Source: Gammaproteobacteria bacterium (GTDB lineage: Bacteria; Pseudomonadota; Gammaproteobacteria; Steroidobacterales; Steroidobacteraceae). Taken from it: a stretch of DNA of 64,000 bases. The notes below the pieces were generated by a model, which saw only the letters and a program-made list of their open reading frames with translations, ran no database searches and was not told the origin of the DNA. Location: contig JAXDQK010000023.1 in NCBI GenBank assembly GCA_034667905.1, positions 13,467-77,466 on the forward strand, read 5' to 3'. A program made the position numbers and the translations under genes. Below are positions 50,753-60,056 of this stretch, piece by piece. Position 1 is the stretch's first letter; the number at the start of each line of letters is the position of its first letter.

Positions 50753-51322
50753 ATGGGCAATAGAGAAGATACACTGGGAGTCATGTCCAAGTCGCCGAAT
50801 GCCCGACGAATAGGAGGTCCTCTCTCCTGGGATCAGCTTTCTCGTCCCGACGCTGAACAATGCCAACGCTTTTTGGCCGAATCGCTTTCCTTGCTATTGG
50901 GCGACGTGCTGCGCTCCATTTTGTCCGATGCCAGTCCCGCGGTGGCCGCCGACGAATCGGCAATCGAACGCTACCGCAATCTTGCGGATTCGTTGGCGGA
51001 TGGAGAGTCGCGACGCCGAACCGGCGTCGGCATCACGCGCGCCGGGCTCGCCAAACGATGCGTGACCTGGCTGAAGTTGCTCCTCACCCCCGCCCCCAAC
51101 GCCCCCACCACCGCTGCGATGCGGGAATTTGTCGATGCGTTGGGCCTGTTCCCCGCGCTATTCGATAGCGATCCCTCCGCACGTTCACGCCGGGCGAGGC
51201 TTACGTGGCTTTTAACCCATGATAGGCGCCTGGACGCCAGCACCCGCGAGGCTGCCACGGCCCTAATCGAGGCTTGCGAGCATTTGGGGGTTTTACTGTG
51301 GCCCGATGCGGAAACTGCCTAA
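50753..51322 (+). CDS. Hypothetical protein, no recognisable family
   Basis: ORF 50729..51322 (TTG). I prefer ATG 50753 (GAGA 8 nt upstream), and ATG 50783 (GGGAG 2 nt upstream) is also possible. Codon third-position GC bias looks coding. No TM, signal peptide or catalytic motif recognised. Confidence 0.5.
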   Translation: MGNREDTLGVMSKSPNARRIGGPLSWDQLSRPDAEQCQRFLAESLSLLLGDVLRSILSDASPAVAADESAIERYRNLADSLADGESRRRTGVGITRAGLAKRCVTWLKLLLTPAPNAPTTAAMREFVDALGLFPALFDSDPSARSRRARLTWLLTHDRRLDASTREAATALIEACEHLGVLLWPDAETA

Positions 51323-51361
51323 CGTAAGTCCGTGCTTAACGCCATCGTCGGCGTATAATGC

Positions 51362-52516
51362 GTGGTTAACCTTCACGTGCACACGGGGCTTTGCGTGCAA
51401 ACACCGTTAGATAAACCAGACCCTTCTTCGCCAGCCGGCGCTTCGGCAAACGCACCGCTGCCGGTCGATAAGTCGCGCTTCCGATTTCAAAAACTGCTGC
51501 AGCCTTTTGCGGTCAAGCCGGGCGTCGCTACGCCGGTGGTGTGGTTTTTGCTCGATTGGCTGGTGCTCGGCGTTGCCTTAGCCAGCCTGCTCATCGTGGA
51601 ATCGCTGTGGGTCAAAGTTTTCGCCTCGCTGGTAGCGGCTCTGTGGATCGCGCGGCTGTTTGTCATCGGCCACGATGCCTGCCACGGCTCCTATACGCCC
51701 AACAAAACACTGAACAAATGGATAGGCCGAATTGCATTTCTGCCCTCCTTGACCCCCTTCAGCCTGTGGGAAATCGGCCACAACCTGGCGCACCACGGCT
51801 TTACCAATTTGAAGGGCCGCGATTACGTCTGGACGCCCTACTCGCCGGCGGAGTTCGCTAAATTGCCCTGGATGCGCCGCTTGCTCGAACGTGTCTATCG
51901 CAGCGGCTTCGGCCAAGGCGTGTACTACATGATCGAGATGTGGTGGAAGAAGTTGTTTTTCCCGGGACGCAAGCATGTCTCGACCCGACGCATCAGCTAT
52001 ACCTGGGACAGTTTGCTGGTAGCCGGCTTCGGCACACTGTGGGTGGGCGGCTTGGTGGTGTGGGGTCTCTACAGCGGCAAGTCGGTCTGGTCGCTGCTGA
52101 TTTTCGGCTTCGTGGTCCCCTTCTTCGTGTGGAACTGCCTCATGGGGTTCGTGATTTACGTGCAGCACACGCATCCGCGGGTCGCTTGGTATGAGCGGCG
52201 CGATGAATGGACCGCCAACGCGGGCTATGCCACCACGACGGTGCACATCAAGCTGATGCGGCCGCTCGATGGTTTGATCCATTACATCCTCGAGCACGGC
52301 GCGCATCATGTGAACATGGGAATCCCTCTGTATCGCCTCAAAGAAGCGCAGGCGAAACTTGCCGCCACGCTCGATGAAAGGTTGGCCTCGGAAGTCTTTA
52401 CCTGGCGCTATTACTGGAACACCGTGCGCCGCTGCAAGCTCTATGATTTCGCACAGCACGTTTGGACCGATTTCGACGGACGCATCACGTCCGAACCGCT
52501 GGTGCAAGTGCGTTAA
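51362..52516 (+). CDS. Membrane fatty acid desaturase family protein
   Basis: Three His boxes: GHDACHGS, GHNLAHHGF, EHGAHHVNMGIP. Four or more TM helices. No in-frame ATG precedes the TM region, so the start is one of GTG 51362/51377/51395. A perfect TATAAT at 51354-51359 would argue for a downstream start. Confidence 0.86.
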   Translation: MVNLHVHTGLCVQTPLDKPDPSSPAGASANAPLPVDKSRFRFQKLLQPFAVKPGVATPVVWFLLDWLVLGVALASLLIVESLWVKVFASLVAALWIARLFVIGHDACHGSYTPNKTLNKWIGRIAFLPSLTPFSLWEIGHNLAHHGFTNLKGRDYVWTPYSPAEFAKLPWMRRLLERVYRSGFGQGVYYMIEMWWKKLFFPGRKHVSTRRISYTWDSLLVAGFGTLWVGGLVVWGLYSGKSVWSLLIFGFVVPFFVWNCLMGFVIYVQHTHPRVAWYERRDEWTANAGYATTTVHIKLMRPLDGLIHYILEHGAHHVNMGIPLYRLKEAQAKLAATLDERLASEVFTWRYYWNTVRRCKLYDFAQHVWTDFDGRITSEPLVQVR

Positions 52517-54408
52517 AACCGGGTTTTGATGCCCGCGAACGCGCCCAACGGAGGCGCCGAGAATCCCACCGGATTCTCATAGCGCCTATCCAATAAGTTG
52601 CTGACCCGAACATACGCGCTCAGATGGCTGCTGACGTCAAAGCCGGCCGCCAAATCCACGGTCGTATAGGGAGGCGCGTTCAGCCGCTGAATCGAGAAGT
52701 CGCGGTTGCCATCCACCCATGAGCCCACCGACAGCAACGTCGCATTCAGCGACAGGCGCGCTGTCGGCCGCCAGTCGGCATTCAAGGTGCCCTTGTGCTT
52801 GGGTCTGCGCAACAGCGCCTCGTGGGAAATCTCGTCGGTCGCTTGCGTGAATGTGTAGTCCAGCCGAAGCGTCAGAGTCTCGAGCGGTCGATAGGCCGCG
52901 AAACTCTCGATGCCTTGCGTGACGGCGCGGCCCACATTGATGTCGGTGGTGAAGTCGGCACTGTCCGCAATTAAATTCTTGATCTGATTGTGGAAGTACG
53001 TGATGCCGAATCTCAAGGTATCGGCAGCCAGCGCTTGCTCGAATCCCGCATCCCAGCCCAAGCTGCTCTCGGGCCTCAAATTGGGATTGGCGAAGAAGTC
53101 GAACGCCGGGAAACTTTGGAATAGCTGATTCAAGGTCGGGGCTTTGAAGCCCGTACCCACGCTCGCCTTGAGCTTGGTTCCGCTTTCCATGATGAGATAT
53201 GCCGGCGCAAAGCGATAAGTGATTTTGCCTCCGAAGCGTTCATTCTCATCCGCGCGGACGCTGACCGTGTCGAAAAATCGATCGCCAAAACCGGATTGCA
53301 ATTCGGCATAACCCGAATCGATTTTGGTAGCGGCGGAAATGGGCGCAGTGATTTCGTCGCGTTGATGCTCGGCGCCGAGCACCAGCTTTTCATTGGCTGC
53401 CAGCTTGATGTTTCCCTGCCAATCGAACTTGACGCGCTCGCCCACGGCATCGCTGCGCGGAGCCGCGGGACTGAAGTCCGAAGATCGGATGTTGCTGTAC
53501 GCGGCACCCAGTGTCTGCTCCAGCACGCCGTCAAATGACAGCAAGTGCGCTGTGGCGCGAGCGTAGGTTTGCAATGTGTTGTTGGCGCTTTGCGATGAAT
53601 CGGGAAAATCAGCGGGGAAATTGTTGAAATTTTCACCCGTGAGGCGCAAGTGGCTGTCGGTATAGCGCGCGACCAGGCCGACATCGAGATTCTGCGTCAC
53701 GTCGAATCCCAGTTTCGTCGACGCCGTCAGGTTGTCGTAATAATCATCGATGCGCTGTTCGCCCGGCGCCAATAGGTCCAACGGCGTCACCGGTGTCTTG
53801 CCGGAATGAAAATGCTCCAGATTCGCCGCATAGTGAAACCGGTCCTGAGAGCCGCTCACGGCAGCGGTTTGATTGAAGGTGTCGAAGGAGCCGGCTTCGA
53901 GCGCTGCACTCAACCGCGCCGGACCTGAACCGCTCTTCGTGATGATATTGATGACGCCGCCGATGGCGTCCGAACCGTATAGACCGCTTTGCGGGCCGCG
54001 CAAAATTTCCACTTTTTCAATGTCCTGCGTCAGGAAATGAGCAAAGTCGAAGGCACCGCCCGCGTTGCTTGGATCGCCCACATCGATGCCATCCACCAAC
54101 ACCTTGGTATGGTTGGAATTCGTGCCGCGCATGAACACCGAGGTTTGGCCGCCGGCACCGCCGGTCTGCACGACATTCAATCCCGGTACCTGTTTGAGCA
54201 CGTCGGGTAAGGTTTGCAACTCTCTGGTAGCAATCTCGTCGGCCGAGACGACCGTGATGCTGCTTGCCACCTGCAGCTCCGGTGTCGGCACGCGCGTTGC
54301 GGTCACCACAATGGTATCGGGCAGGTCCTCTGGCGCCGTACTCGCCTGCATGGCGAAGCCGCACAGTGGAACGGTCAGAACAACGGATCGGAATAAGGAT
54401 TTACGCAC
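52513..54408 (-). CDS. btuB: TonB-dependent receptor, vitamin B12 transporter BtuB-like
   Basis: GTG start with AGGAGA SD. Signal peptide, TonB box DTIVVTATR, plug motifs (LPGLNVVQTGGAGGQTSVFMRGTNSNHTKVLVDGI), C-terminal beta-barrel ending in Phe. Preceded by a cobalamin riboswitch. Confidence 0.88.
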   Translation of the reverse strand: MRKSLFRSVVLTVPLCGFAMQASTAPEDLPDTIVVTATRVPTPELQVASSITVVSADEIATRELQTLPDVLKQVPGLNVVQTGGAGGQTSVFMRGTNSNHTKVLVDGIDVGDPSNAGGAFDFAHFLTQDIEKVEILRGPQSGLYGSDAIGGVINIITKSGSGPARLSAALEAGSFDTFNQTAAVSGSQDRFHYAANLEHFHSGKTPVTPLDLLAPGEQRIDDYYDNLTASTKLGFDVTQNLDVGLVARYTDSHLRLTGENFNNFPADFPDSSQSANNTLQTYARATAHLLSFDGVLEQTLGAAYSNIRSSDFSPAAPRSDAVGERVKFDWQGNIKLAANEKLVLGAEHQRDEITAPISAATKIDSGYAELQSGFGDRFFDTVSVRADENERFGGKITYRFAPAYLIMESGTKLKASVGTGFKAPTLNQLFQSFPAFDFFANPNLRPESSLGWDAGFEQALAADTLRFGITYFHNQIKNLIADSADFTTDINVGRAVTQGIESFAAYRPLETLTLRLDYTFTQATDEISHEALLRRPKHKGTLNADWRPTARLSLNATLLSVGSWVDGNRDFSIQRLNAPPYTTVDLAAGFDVSSHLSAYVRVSNLLDRRYENPVGFSAPPLGAFAGIKTRF

Positions 54409-54549
54409 ATGACTCTCCTGGTAGGGGCCAAGAGCCGGCGCGAAAGCGTACGAATATAATTTTTCAATCGAGGGCTCCGCGACGACTCCACACTGTCGTC
54501 GCGACGGTTTCCCCCGCAGTTATCAGCGCACCCCGGCCGGTAACAAGAC

Positions 54550-54728
54550 GACGGCGCGAGGCAGGTTTCCTGGCTTCCGGGTCTTTGCTCTCGTCCTCCT
54601 TCCCAAAGCCTCGAAGCTTCAGTGGACTCGTGGACGTTCGCTATCCGGTTACAGTTGCGGGGGCAGCCGCGGTTCTACACCGCGTTCCGATTTATTCCCT
54701 TGCGGGAACCTTGCACGTGCGCGGATCA
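54550..54728 (-). promoter_or_regulatory. Cobalamin (B12) riboswitch
   Basis: Minus strand reads GGUUCCCGCAAGGGAAUAAAUCGGAACGCGGUGUAGAACCGCGGCUGCCCCCGCAACUGUAACCGG ... GAAGCCAGGAAACCUGCC. These are the conserved GGGAA / GGUG / GCUGCCCCCGCAACUGUAA core and the B12 box (AGCCAGGAnACCUGCC at 54561-54577). Followed by an 8-bp hairpin (GCGACGAC..GUCGUCGC, 54477-54500) before the SD. Confidence 0.88.
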
Positions 54729-54748
54729 TACCGCTAATCGCGCCACGG

Positions 54749-55600
54749 TCAATCCAAAATCGCCAATTGCTTTGCGTGATGGTGCAAATGGTCGGCCATG
54801 AAAGTCTGTATGAAGTAGTAGCCGTGATCGTAACCGGGCTGCATGCGCAGATTTAACTCTTGACCGGACTTAGCGGCCGCGGCGGCAAATATTTCCGGCT
54901 TAAGCTCTGCGGCAAGGTACTGATCGGCCGTGCCCTGATCGATGAGGATGGGGCCTGGATAGGTCTTACGCGCCACCAATTCGGCGGCATCGTATTCGCG
55001 CCACGTTTCGCTATCCGGTCCTAGATAATTCTTAAAAGCCTTTTGACCCCACGGCGACTGCATGGGCGCAGCGATAGGCGAAAACGCCGACACCGACCTG
55101 TACAGGCCTGGATTTCGCAGTGCCAGCGTCAACGCGCCATGCCCGCCCATCGAATGGCCGCAAATGCCGGTGGCAGCGGAGCGTGCCGGCAAGTGCGCCG
55201 AGACGATCTCCGGCAGCTCGCGCGTGACATAACTGTACATGCGGTAGTTTTGCGACCAAGGCGGCTGAGTTGCATCCAGGTAGAATCCGGCCGAATAGCC
55301 GAAGTCCCAATGATCTGCGTCGCCGGGAATGCGGGGTTCACGCGGACTGGTGTCAGGTGAAATGAGCATGAGTCCTAAGTCCGCGGCATATTTCTGCGCG
55401 TGCGACTTGATGCAAAAGGTTTCCTCGGTGCAGGTGAGCCCCGATAGAAAATACACCACCGGCACTTTGTTCGAGCGCGCTTGCGGCGGAAGGTAAGCCG
55501 AGAACTTCATGGGGCCGCTCGTTTCCCGCGACTCATGCCGGTAAAAGCGCTGCACGCCGCCGTAGCAGGCATGCTCCGAAACGAGTTGCGGCGCGTTCAC
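54749..55600 (-). CDS. fghA: S-formylglutathione hydrolase (esterase D)
   Basis: [24 protein letters not shown], nucleophile elbow [11 protein letters not shown]-terminal GYDHGYYFI. Overlaps the frmA stop by 4 nt. Confidence 0.94.
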   Translation of the reverse strand: MNAPQLVSEHACYGGVQRFYRHESRETSGPMKFSAYLPPQARSNKVPVVYFLSGLTCTEETFCIKSHAQKYAADLGLMLISPDTSPREPRIPGDADHWDFGYSAGFYLDATQPPWSQNYRMYSYVTRELPEIVSAHLPARSAATGICGHSMGGHGALTLALRNPGLYRSVSAFSPIAAPMQSPWGQKAFKNYLGPDSETWREYDAAELVARKTYPGPILIDQGTADQYLAAELKPEIFAAAAAKSGQELNLRMQPGYDHGYYFIQTFMADHLHHHAKQLAILD

Positions 55601-56709
55601 GAGAACAGCACCACGCTGCGGATGGATTCGCCGGAATGCATCAGGTCAAAAGCGCTATTGATTTCCTTTAGCGGCATGGTGTGCGTAATGAGATCATCGA
55701 TGTTGATCTTGCCGTCCATGTACCAATCGACGATCTTGGGCACATCGGTACGGCCGCGTGCGCCGCCGAAAGCAGTCCCTTTCCAAACTCGCCCGGTCAC
55801 CAGCTGGAATGGACGCGTCGAAATCTCCTTGCCCGCACCCGCAACTCCGATGATCACCGAGACTCCCCAGCCCCGATGGCAGCACTCCAGCGCCTGGCGC
55901 ATCAAGTCCACATTGCCGATGCATTCGAAACTGTAGTCGGCACCCCCATCGGTGAGGGCTACCAGGTGGGCTACCAGATCGCCGCCCACTTCGCGCGGAT
56001 TCACGAAATGCGTCATACCGAATTTTTCGGCCAACGCCTTGCGGCCCGGATTCAAATCGACGCCGATGATTTTATTCGCGCCTACCATGCGCGCGCCCTG
56101 AACCACGTTGAGACCGATGCCGCCCAAGCCGAATACCACCACGTTGGCGCCCGCCTCCACCTTCGCGGTATTGATCACCGCTCCGATCCCGGTTGTCACG
56201 CCGCAACCGATGTAGCAAACCTTGTCGAAAGGGGCGTCGCTGCGGATTTTCGCCACCGCGATTTCCGGCAGCACCGTGAAATTAGAAAAGGTTGAGCAGC
56301 CCATGTAGTGGTGTACCGGATCCTTGCCGATCGAAAAGCGGCTGGTGCCATCCGGCATCAACCCCTTACCCTGCGTTGCGCGGATCGCGGTGCACAGATT
56401 GGTCTTGTGCGACGTACAGGATTTGCACTGGCGGCATTCCGGCGTGTACAGCGGAATGACGTGATCGCCCTTGCGCACCGAAGAGACGCCCGGCCCCACA
56501 TCGACCACGATGCCGGCGCCCTCGTGTCCGAGAATGACGGGAAATAAGCCCTCTGGGTCGGCGCCGGAGCGGGTAAACTCGTCGGTGTGACATACCCCGC
56601 TGGCCTTTATTTCAATCAACACCTCGCCGGCCCGCGGGCCGTCCAAGTCCAGCGTGACGATTTCGAGCGGATGGCGAGGTGCGGTCGCGATTGCGGCTTG
56701 TGTTTTCAT
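55597..56709 (-). CDS. frmA: S-(hydroxymethyl)glutathione dehydrogenase / class III alcohol dehydrogenase
   Basis: [20 protein letters not shown], Zn-structural [28 protein letters not shown] Rossmann motif. 370 aa. Confidence 0.96.
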   Translation of the reverse strand: MKTQAAIATAPRHPLEIVTLDLDGPRAGEVLIEIKASGVCHTDEFTRSGADPEGLFPVILGHEGAGIVVDVGPGVSSVRKGDHVIPLYTPECRQCKSCTSHKTNLCTAIRATQGKGLMPDGTSRFSIGKDPVHHYMGCSTFSNFTVLPEIAVAKIRSDAPFDKVCYIGCGVTTGIGAVINTAKVEAGANVVVFGLGGIGLNVVQGARMVGANKIIGVDLNPGRKALAEKFGMTHFVNPREVGGDLVAHLVALTDGGADYSFECIGNVDLMRQALECCHRGWGVSVIIGVAGAGKEISTRPFQLVTGRVWKGTAFGGARGRTDVPKIVDWYMDGKINIDDLITHTMPLKEINSAFDLMHSGESIRSVVLFS

Positions 56710-56783
56710 TTCGGAATGTCCTGTTTTTCTCGAAGGCTGAAGGGCGTTACCCTAAAACATTGGGCCCTTAAGTGGAAGCTGTC

Positions 56784-57440
56784 ATGAACATAGAATTTTC
56801 GGCGAACGAAGCGCGCGTCATCGGATGCCTGATTGAGAAGGAGATCACTACCCCGGATCAGTATCCCTTGTCGCTGAATGCGCTCACCAATGCCTGCAAT
56901 CAGAAAACCAATCGCGACCCCGTGCTCGAGCTCACGGAGGCCCAGGTTCAGCAGTCGGTCGACGCGCTGATGAAGAAGTACATGGTGAGCGATAAATCGG
57001 CCGGTTACGGTGGGCGCGTCACCAAGTACAAGCACCGCTTCTGCAACACCGAGTTCGGCTCTTTGAAGTTCTCCAAGCAAGAGCTCGGGATCATTTGCGT
57101 GATGCTGCTACGCGGCCCGCAAACGCCGGGAGAGCTGCGCTCGCGCACCAATCGACTGTGCGAATTTGCCGATGCGGAAGAGGTAGAGATCACATTGAGA
57201 ACCTTGATGACGCGCGAGGACGGTCCTTTCATCGCGCGCTTGCCGCGCGCGCCGGGAGCGCGCGAATCGCGCTACGCGCATTTATTTTCGGGAACCTTGG
57301 AATCCGCGCCTGAAGCAGAGTCCTTCGAGGAAACCGACCCCGCATCGCCCGCCGCCAGCTTGGGTCAACGCGTGAGCGCGCTCGAGGCGCTGGTCGAGGA
57401 GCTTCGCACCGCGGTCCAAGCGCTGCGGCAAGATAAGTAG
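56784..57440 (+). CDS. yceH: YceH family protein (DUF480)
   Basis: ORF trimmed to ATG 56784. [47 protein letters not shown] is the strongly conserved YceH N-terminus. Confidence 0.85.
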   Translation: MNIEFSANEARVIGCLIEKEITTPDQYPLSLNALTNACNQKTNRDPVLELTEAQVQQSVDALMKKYMVSDKSAGYGGRVTKYKHRFCNTEFGSLKFSKQELGIICVMLLRGPQTPGELRSRTNRLCEFADAEEVEITLRTLMTREDGPFIARLPRAPGARESRYAHLFSGTLESAPEAESFEETDPASPAASLGQRVSALEALVEELRTAVQALRQDK

Positions 57441-57467
57441 CCGCGTCGATATGACCGTGGCCGTACC

Positions 57468-58175
57468 TTAATTAGCAGCCGTGGTTTTCGCGATGCCGTC
57501 GCGTTCCTGCAGCCATTTATCGAAGGCATCGATATCCTGCGCTCGCATGCCGTTCGCCGCCGCCCGGTGCTGCTGCAGCCAAGCTTGCATGCCAATCATC
57601 AAGTGATCGGCCAGCGGGCGCGCATGGAAAAACAGATCCATGTAAGCGGCCTTGGCTTCCTCGAGATGATCGATACCGAGGTACGCCTCGCCGCGAAACG
57701 CAATGGCCTCCAGCAGGTCGGGCTTCAAACGCAGCGCATGGTTGTAATCATCCACCGATTCGCGATAGGCGCCAAAGCGCAAATGCAGGTAACCGATCTG
57801 GTTCCAGGCGTCGTACATTTCGCCTTTGTTGCGCAACACCTCCGTGAACTGATCGAGCGCCTTGCCATAGACATCCTCGAGCTTCGACATCGCCTTGGCT
57901 TTTTTGTCAGGGTCGGTGGCCTTGGCAATCGTATCCTCCAGCTCATGCGCCTTGAGCATGGTCTTCGTGCCCGCGGCATAGGCCTTCGCCGCGGCCTTAT
58001 CCGGCTTGACCTCGGCGGGTGCGGAAGGGATCTCTTGCTCGTGCCCTCCGCGGCCGCCGCCGCCTGTGATGGGCGGGATGCCGCCGGCGCCGCCCGGATA
58101 GCCCTGCGCGCCCGCCGGTGCCATTCGAAGGTCGGCGATGAGCAACGCAAGACAACAGAATAAAAAACGGCGCAT
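57468..58175 (-). CDS. Secreted TPR-repeat protein with Gly-rich N-terminal region
   Basis: AGGGGG SD. Signal peptide MRRFLFCCLALLIADLRMAPAGA, Gly/Pro-rich stretch, then TPR-like repeats (YDAWNQIGYLHLRFGAYRESVDDYNHALRLKPD, EAIAFRGEAYLGIDHLEEA). Confidence 0.62.
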   Translation of the reverse strand: MRRFLFCCLALLIADLRMAPAGAQGYPGGAGGIPPITGGGGRGGHEQEIPSAPAEVKPDKAAAKAYAAGTKTMLKAHELEDTIAKATDPDKKAKAMSKLEDVYGKALDQFTEVLRNKGEMYDAWNQIGYLHLRFGAYRESVDDYNHALRLKPDLLEAIAFRGEAYLGIDHLEEAKAAYMDLFFHARPLADHLMIGMQAWLQQHRAAANGMRAQDIDAFDKWLQERDGIAKTTAAN

Positions 58176-58205
58176 ATCGCCCCCTTAACCGGCTTGTGAC
58201 CAACT

Positions 58206-59120
58206 ATGCAATACTTCGGTATGTTCCGCGATTTTAGATTTTTAATCTCGTGCGCGCTGGTTATTTTTTTATCGCAAGCCGCGCTGGCCGCCAAACACTT
58301 CAGCATGCCCGAAGTATTGGCCGCTTCCAGCGCCGCCGATTGGCGGCCGTTGGACCCGGAAAACACCTTATATGTCGAATTGCCGACTGGGCGGGTGGTC
58401 ATCGAATTGGCCCCTGCCTTTGCGCCCCTGCATGTGACCAATATCAAGACCCTGACCCGGGCGGGGTATTTCAACGGCCTATCGATCATCCGCGAACAAG
58501 ACAATTATGTCGCCCAATGGGGTGATCCCGAAAATCGGCATCCGCTGCCGGCCGGCATCGGAAAAGTCAAAGCGGAATTCGACTCGGAGTTGGCGCCGCG
58601 CATGCCCTTCACCCGATTGCCGGACGGTGATGTTTATGCGCCGGAAGTCGGTTTTTCCGAGGGCTTGCCCGTGGCCCGCTCGAGCGCACTGCACAAGGTA
58701 TGGCTCGCGCATTGTTATGGCATGGTGGGCGTGGGACGCGATTTGGACGCCGAAAGCGGCAGCGGTGCCGAGATGTATGTGGTGATCGGGCACGCGCCGC
58801 GGCATCTCGACCGAAATGTGGCGCTGGTCGGGCGGGTGATCAAGGGCGTGGAATTGCTCTCGAGCTTGCCGCGCGGCAGCGCGGAGATGGGGTTTTACAC
58901 CAAGAATGAGAAACCCCTGCCCATCCAGTCGATCCGTGTGGCAGCCGACGTGCCCGCGGCCGAGCGCTCCAATCTGGAAGTGATTCGTACCGATACGCCC
59001 ACCTTTGCCGCATTGATCGAATCGCGCCGCAATCGGCCCGAGGATTTTTTCAAGGTACCCGCAGGGCGCATCGACTTGTGCAACGTGCCGATTGCGGTGC
59101 GCGAATCTACGGCCCGCTAG
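58206..59120 (+). CDS. Cyclophilin-like peptidyl-prolyl isomerase family protein, secreted (divergent)
   Basis: Signal peptide (alternative ATG 58221). GRVVIELAPAFAPLHVTNIKTLTRAGYFNG...QWGDP and YGMVGVGRD..SGSGAEMYVVIG follow the cyclophilin fold pattern (G-I-ELxxxxAPxTVxNF, GxLSMA, SQFFI) with substitutions. Confidence 0.7.
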   Translation: MQYFGMFRDFRFLISCALVIFLSQAALAAKHFSMPEVLAASSAADWRPLDPENTLYVELPTGRVVIELAPAFAPLHVTNIKTLTRAGYFNGLSIIREQDNYVAQWGDPENRHPLPAGIGKVKAEFDSELAPRMPFTRLPDGDVYAPEVGFSEGLPVARSSALHKVWLAHCYGMVGVGRDLDAESGSGAEMYVVIGHAPRHLDRNVALVGRVIKGVELLSSLPRGSAEMGFYTKNEKPLPIQSIRVAADVPAAERSNLEVIRTDTPTFAALIESRRNRPEDFFKVPAGRIDLCNVPIAVRESTAR

Positions 59121-59130
59121 GCGCACCCCG

Positions 59131-59595
59131 CTAGCTATTGCGCGACGCGGCCTCGATGCCGATTTGCAGGGTGTTCGTGGCGATCCGTACCTCGATGAGG
59201 AAGGAGGTCAGAGCCGCCGCCAATGCCAGCATGGATAAGATAAACAATATGGCGATGAAGGCGGACAATTCCCAGTGCGCAAACGCATTGACGAACAGCA
59301 TGACCACGACCAACGCGATGAACAGCGCCGAGAGCGTGATGAGCGTAATGGCCGCGTTGATGTAACGCGCGCGCCGCGCCAATACCGCCAGCGCGGCATG
59401 CAGATCCCGGCCGCCCGGCAGATAGTCCGGCCTGCACACGATGGCCTCCATGAGGCGTGCCCGGTCGACAATCCGTGCGAGGCGGCTGGTCAATACATTG
59501 AGCGTCACGCCGATGGCCGAAATTAAAAATATCGGCGTGAGCGCAACCTGAATCAGATGCGCAACATCGGTGGCTTGGATGGTGTTGGGGGTCAA
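59131..59595 (-). CDS. DUF2721 family membrane protein
   Basis: 154 aa, 3 TM. VAHLIQVALTPIFLISAIGVTLNVLTSRLARIVDRAR matches the DUF2721 N-terminal pattern. Start overlaps the upstream stop by 4 nt. Confidence 0.72.
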   Translation of the reverse strand: MTPNTIQATDVAHLIQVALTPIFLISAIGVTLNVLTSRLARIVDRARLMEAIVCRPDYLPGGRDLHAALAVLARRARYINAAITLITLSALFIALVVVMLFVNAFAHWELSAFIAILFILSMLALAAALTSFLIEVRIATNTLQIGIEAASRNS

Positions 59596-60056
59596 ACTAC
59601 GGGTACCTTCAAAATCAGCTGTCCGGCATCGCGAAAGTTCATGGAGACGGTAAATTCAGTTCCCAGTGCAAGCGGCGACGCCAATCCAATCAACATGACG
59701 TGCAAGGCGCCCGGCGTGGCGCGCACCGTCGCCCCCGGCGGGCAATCCACCGAACTCACCTCGCGCATTTCCATCACACCGTGCTCGATGCGACTTTCAT
59801 GAATCTCGACTTTACCCGCAATCGGCGTACTCACGGAGAGCAATCGATCCGCCTTGGCACCCCGGTTGGTTATCGAAAAATACATCACGCCCACGGAAAT
59901 CCCCGGCGGCGTCGGACGAGCGCGCGCCTCGGTGACGATGAGATTTCCGAGACGCGATTCGTTGACCTGCCCTTGAACGATGCACCCACACAACAATGCG
60001 GCAATCCAAACGCATTTTCGCGCTTCCGCTACCACTTCACCAGCCCGAAGTACCAA
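59592..60056 (-). CDS. Copper chaperone PCu(A)C (DUF461)
   Basis: YFSITNRG...LLSVSTPIAGKVEIHESRIEHGVMEMREV...GALHVMLIGL contains the H(M)x10Mx21HxM copper motif. The TTG 60056 start overlaps uppP by 28 nt, and GTG 60035 (3 nt after the uppP TAG) is a plausible alternative. Confidence 0.84.
   Translation of the reverse strand: MVLRAGEVVAEARKCVWIAALLCGCIVQGQVNESRLGNLIVTEARARPTPPGISVGVMYFSITNRGAKADRLLSVSTPIAGKVEIHESRIEHGVMEMREVSSVDCPPGATVRATPGALHVMLIGLASPLALGTEFTVSMNFRDAGQLILKVPVV

Noticed and set aside
52513-52516. The desaturase gene and btuB share a palindromic TTAA, so their convergent stop codons overlap
   Set aside because: It is real in the sequence, but it is a trivial consequence of TAA/TTA complementarity in a compact genome and does not imply function.
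57725-58504. 259-aa minus-strand ORF spanning the TPR gene, the divergent intergenic region and the PPIase 5' end
   Set aside because: It is out of frame with, or antisense to, two ORFs that have signal peptides and SD sequences. Its composition (Arg/Ser/Ala/Pro) is typical of non-coding frames.
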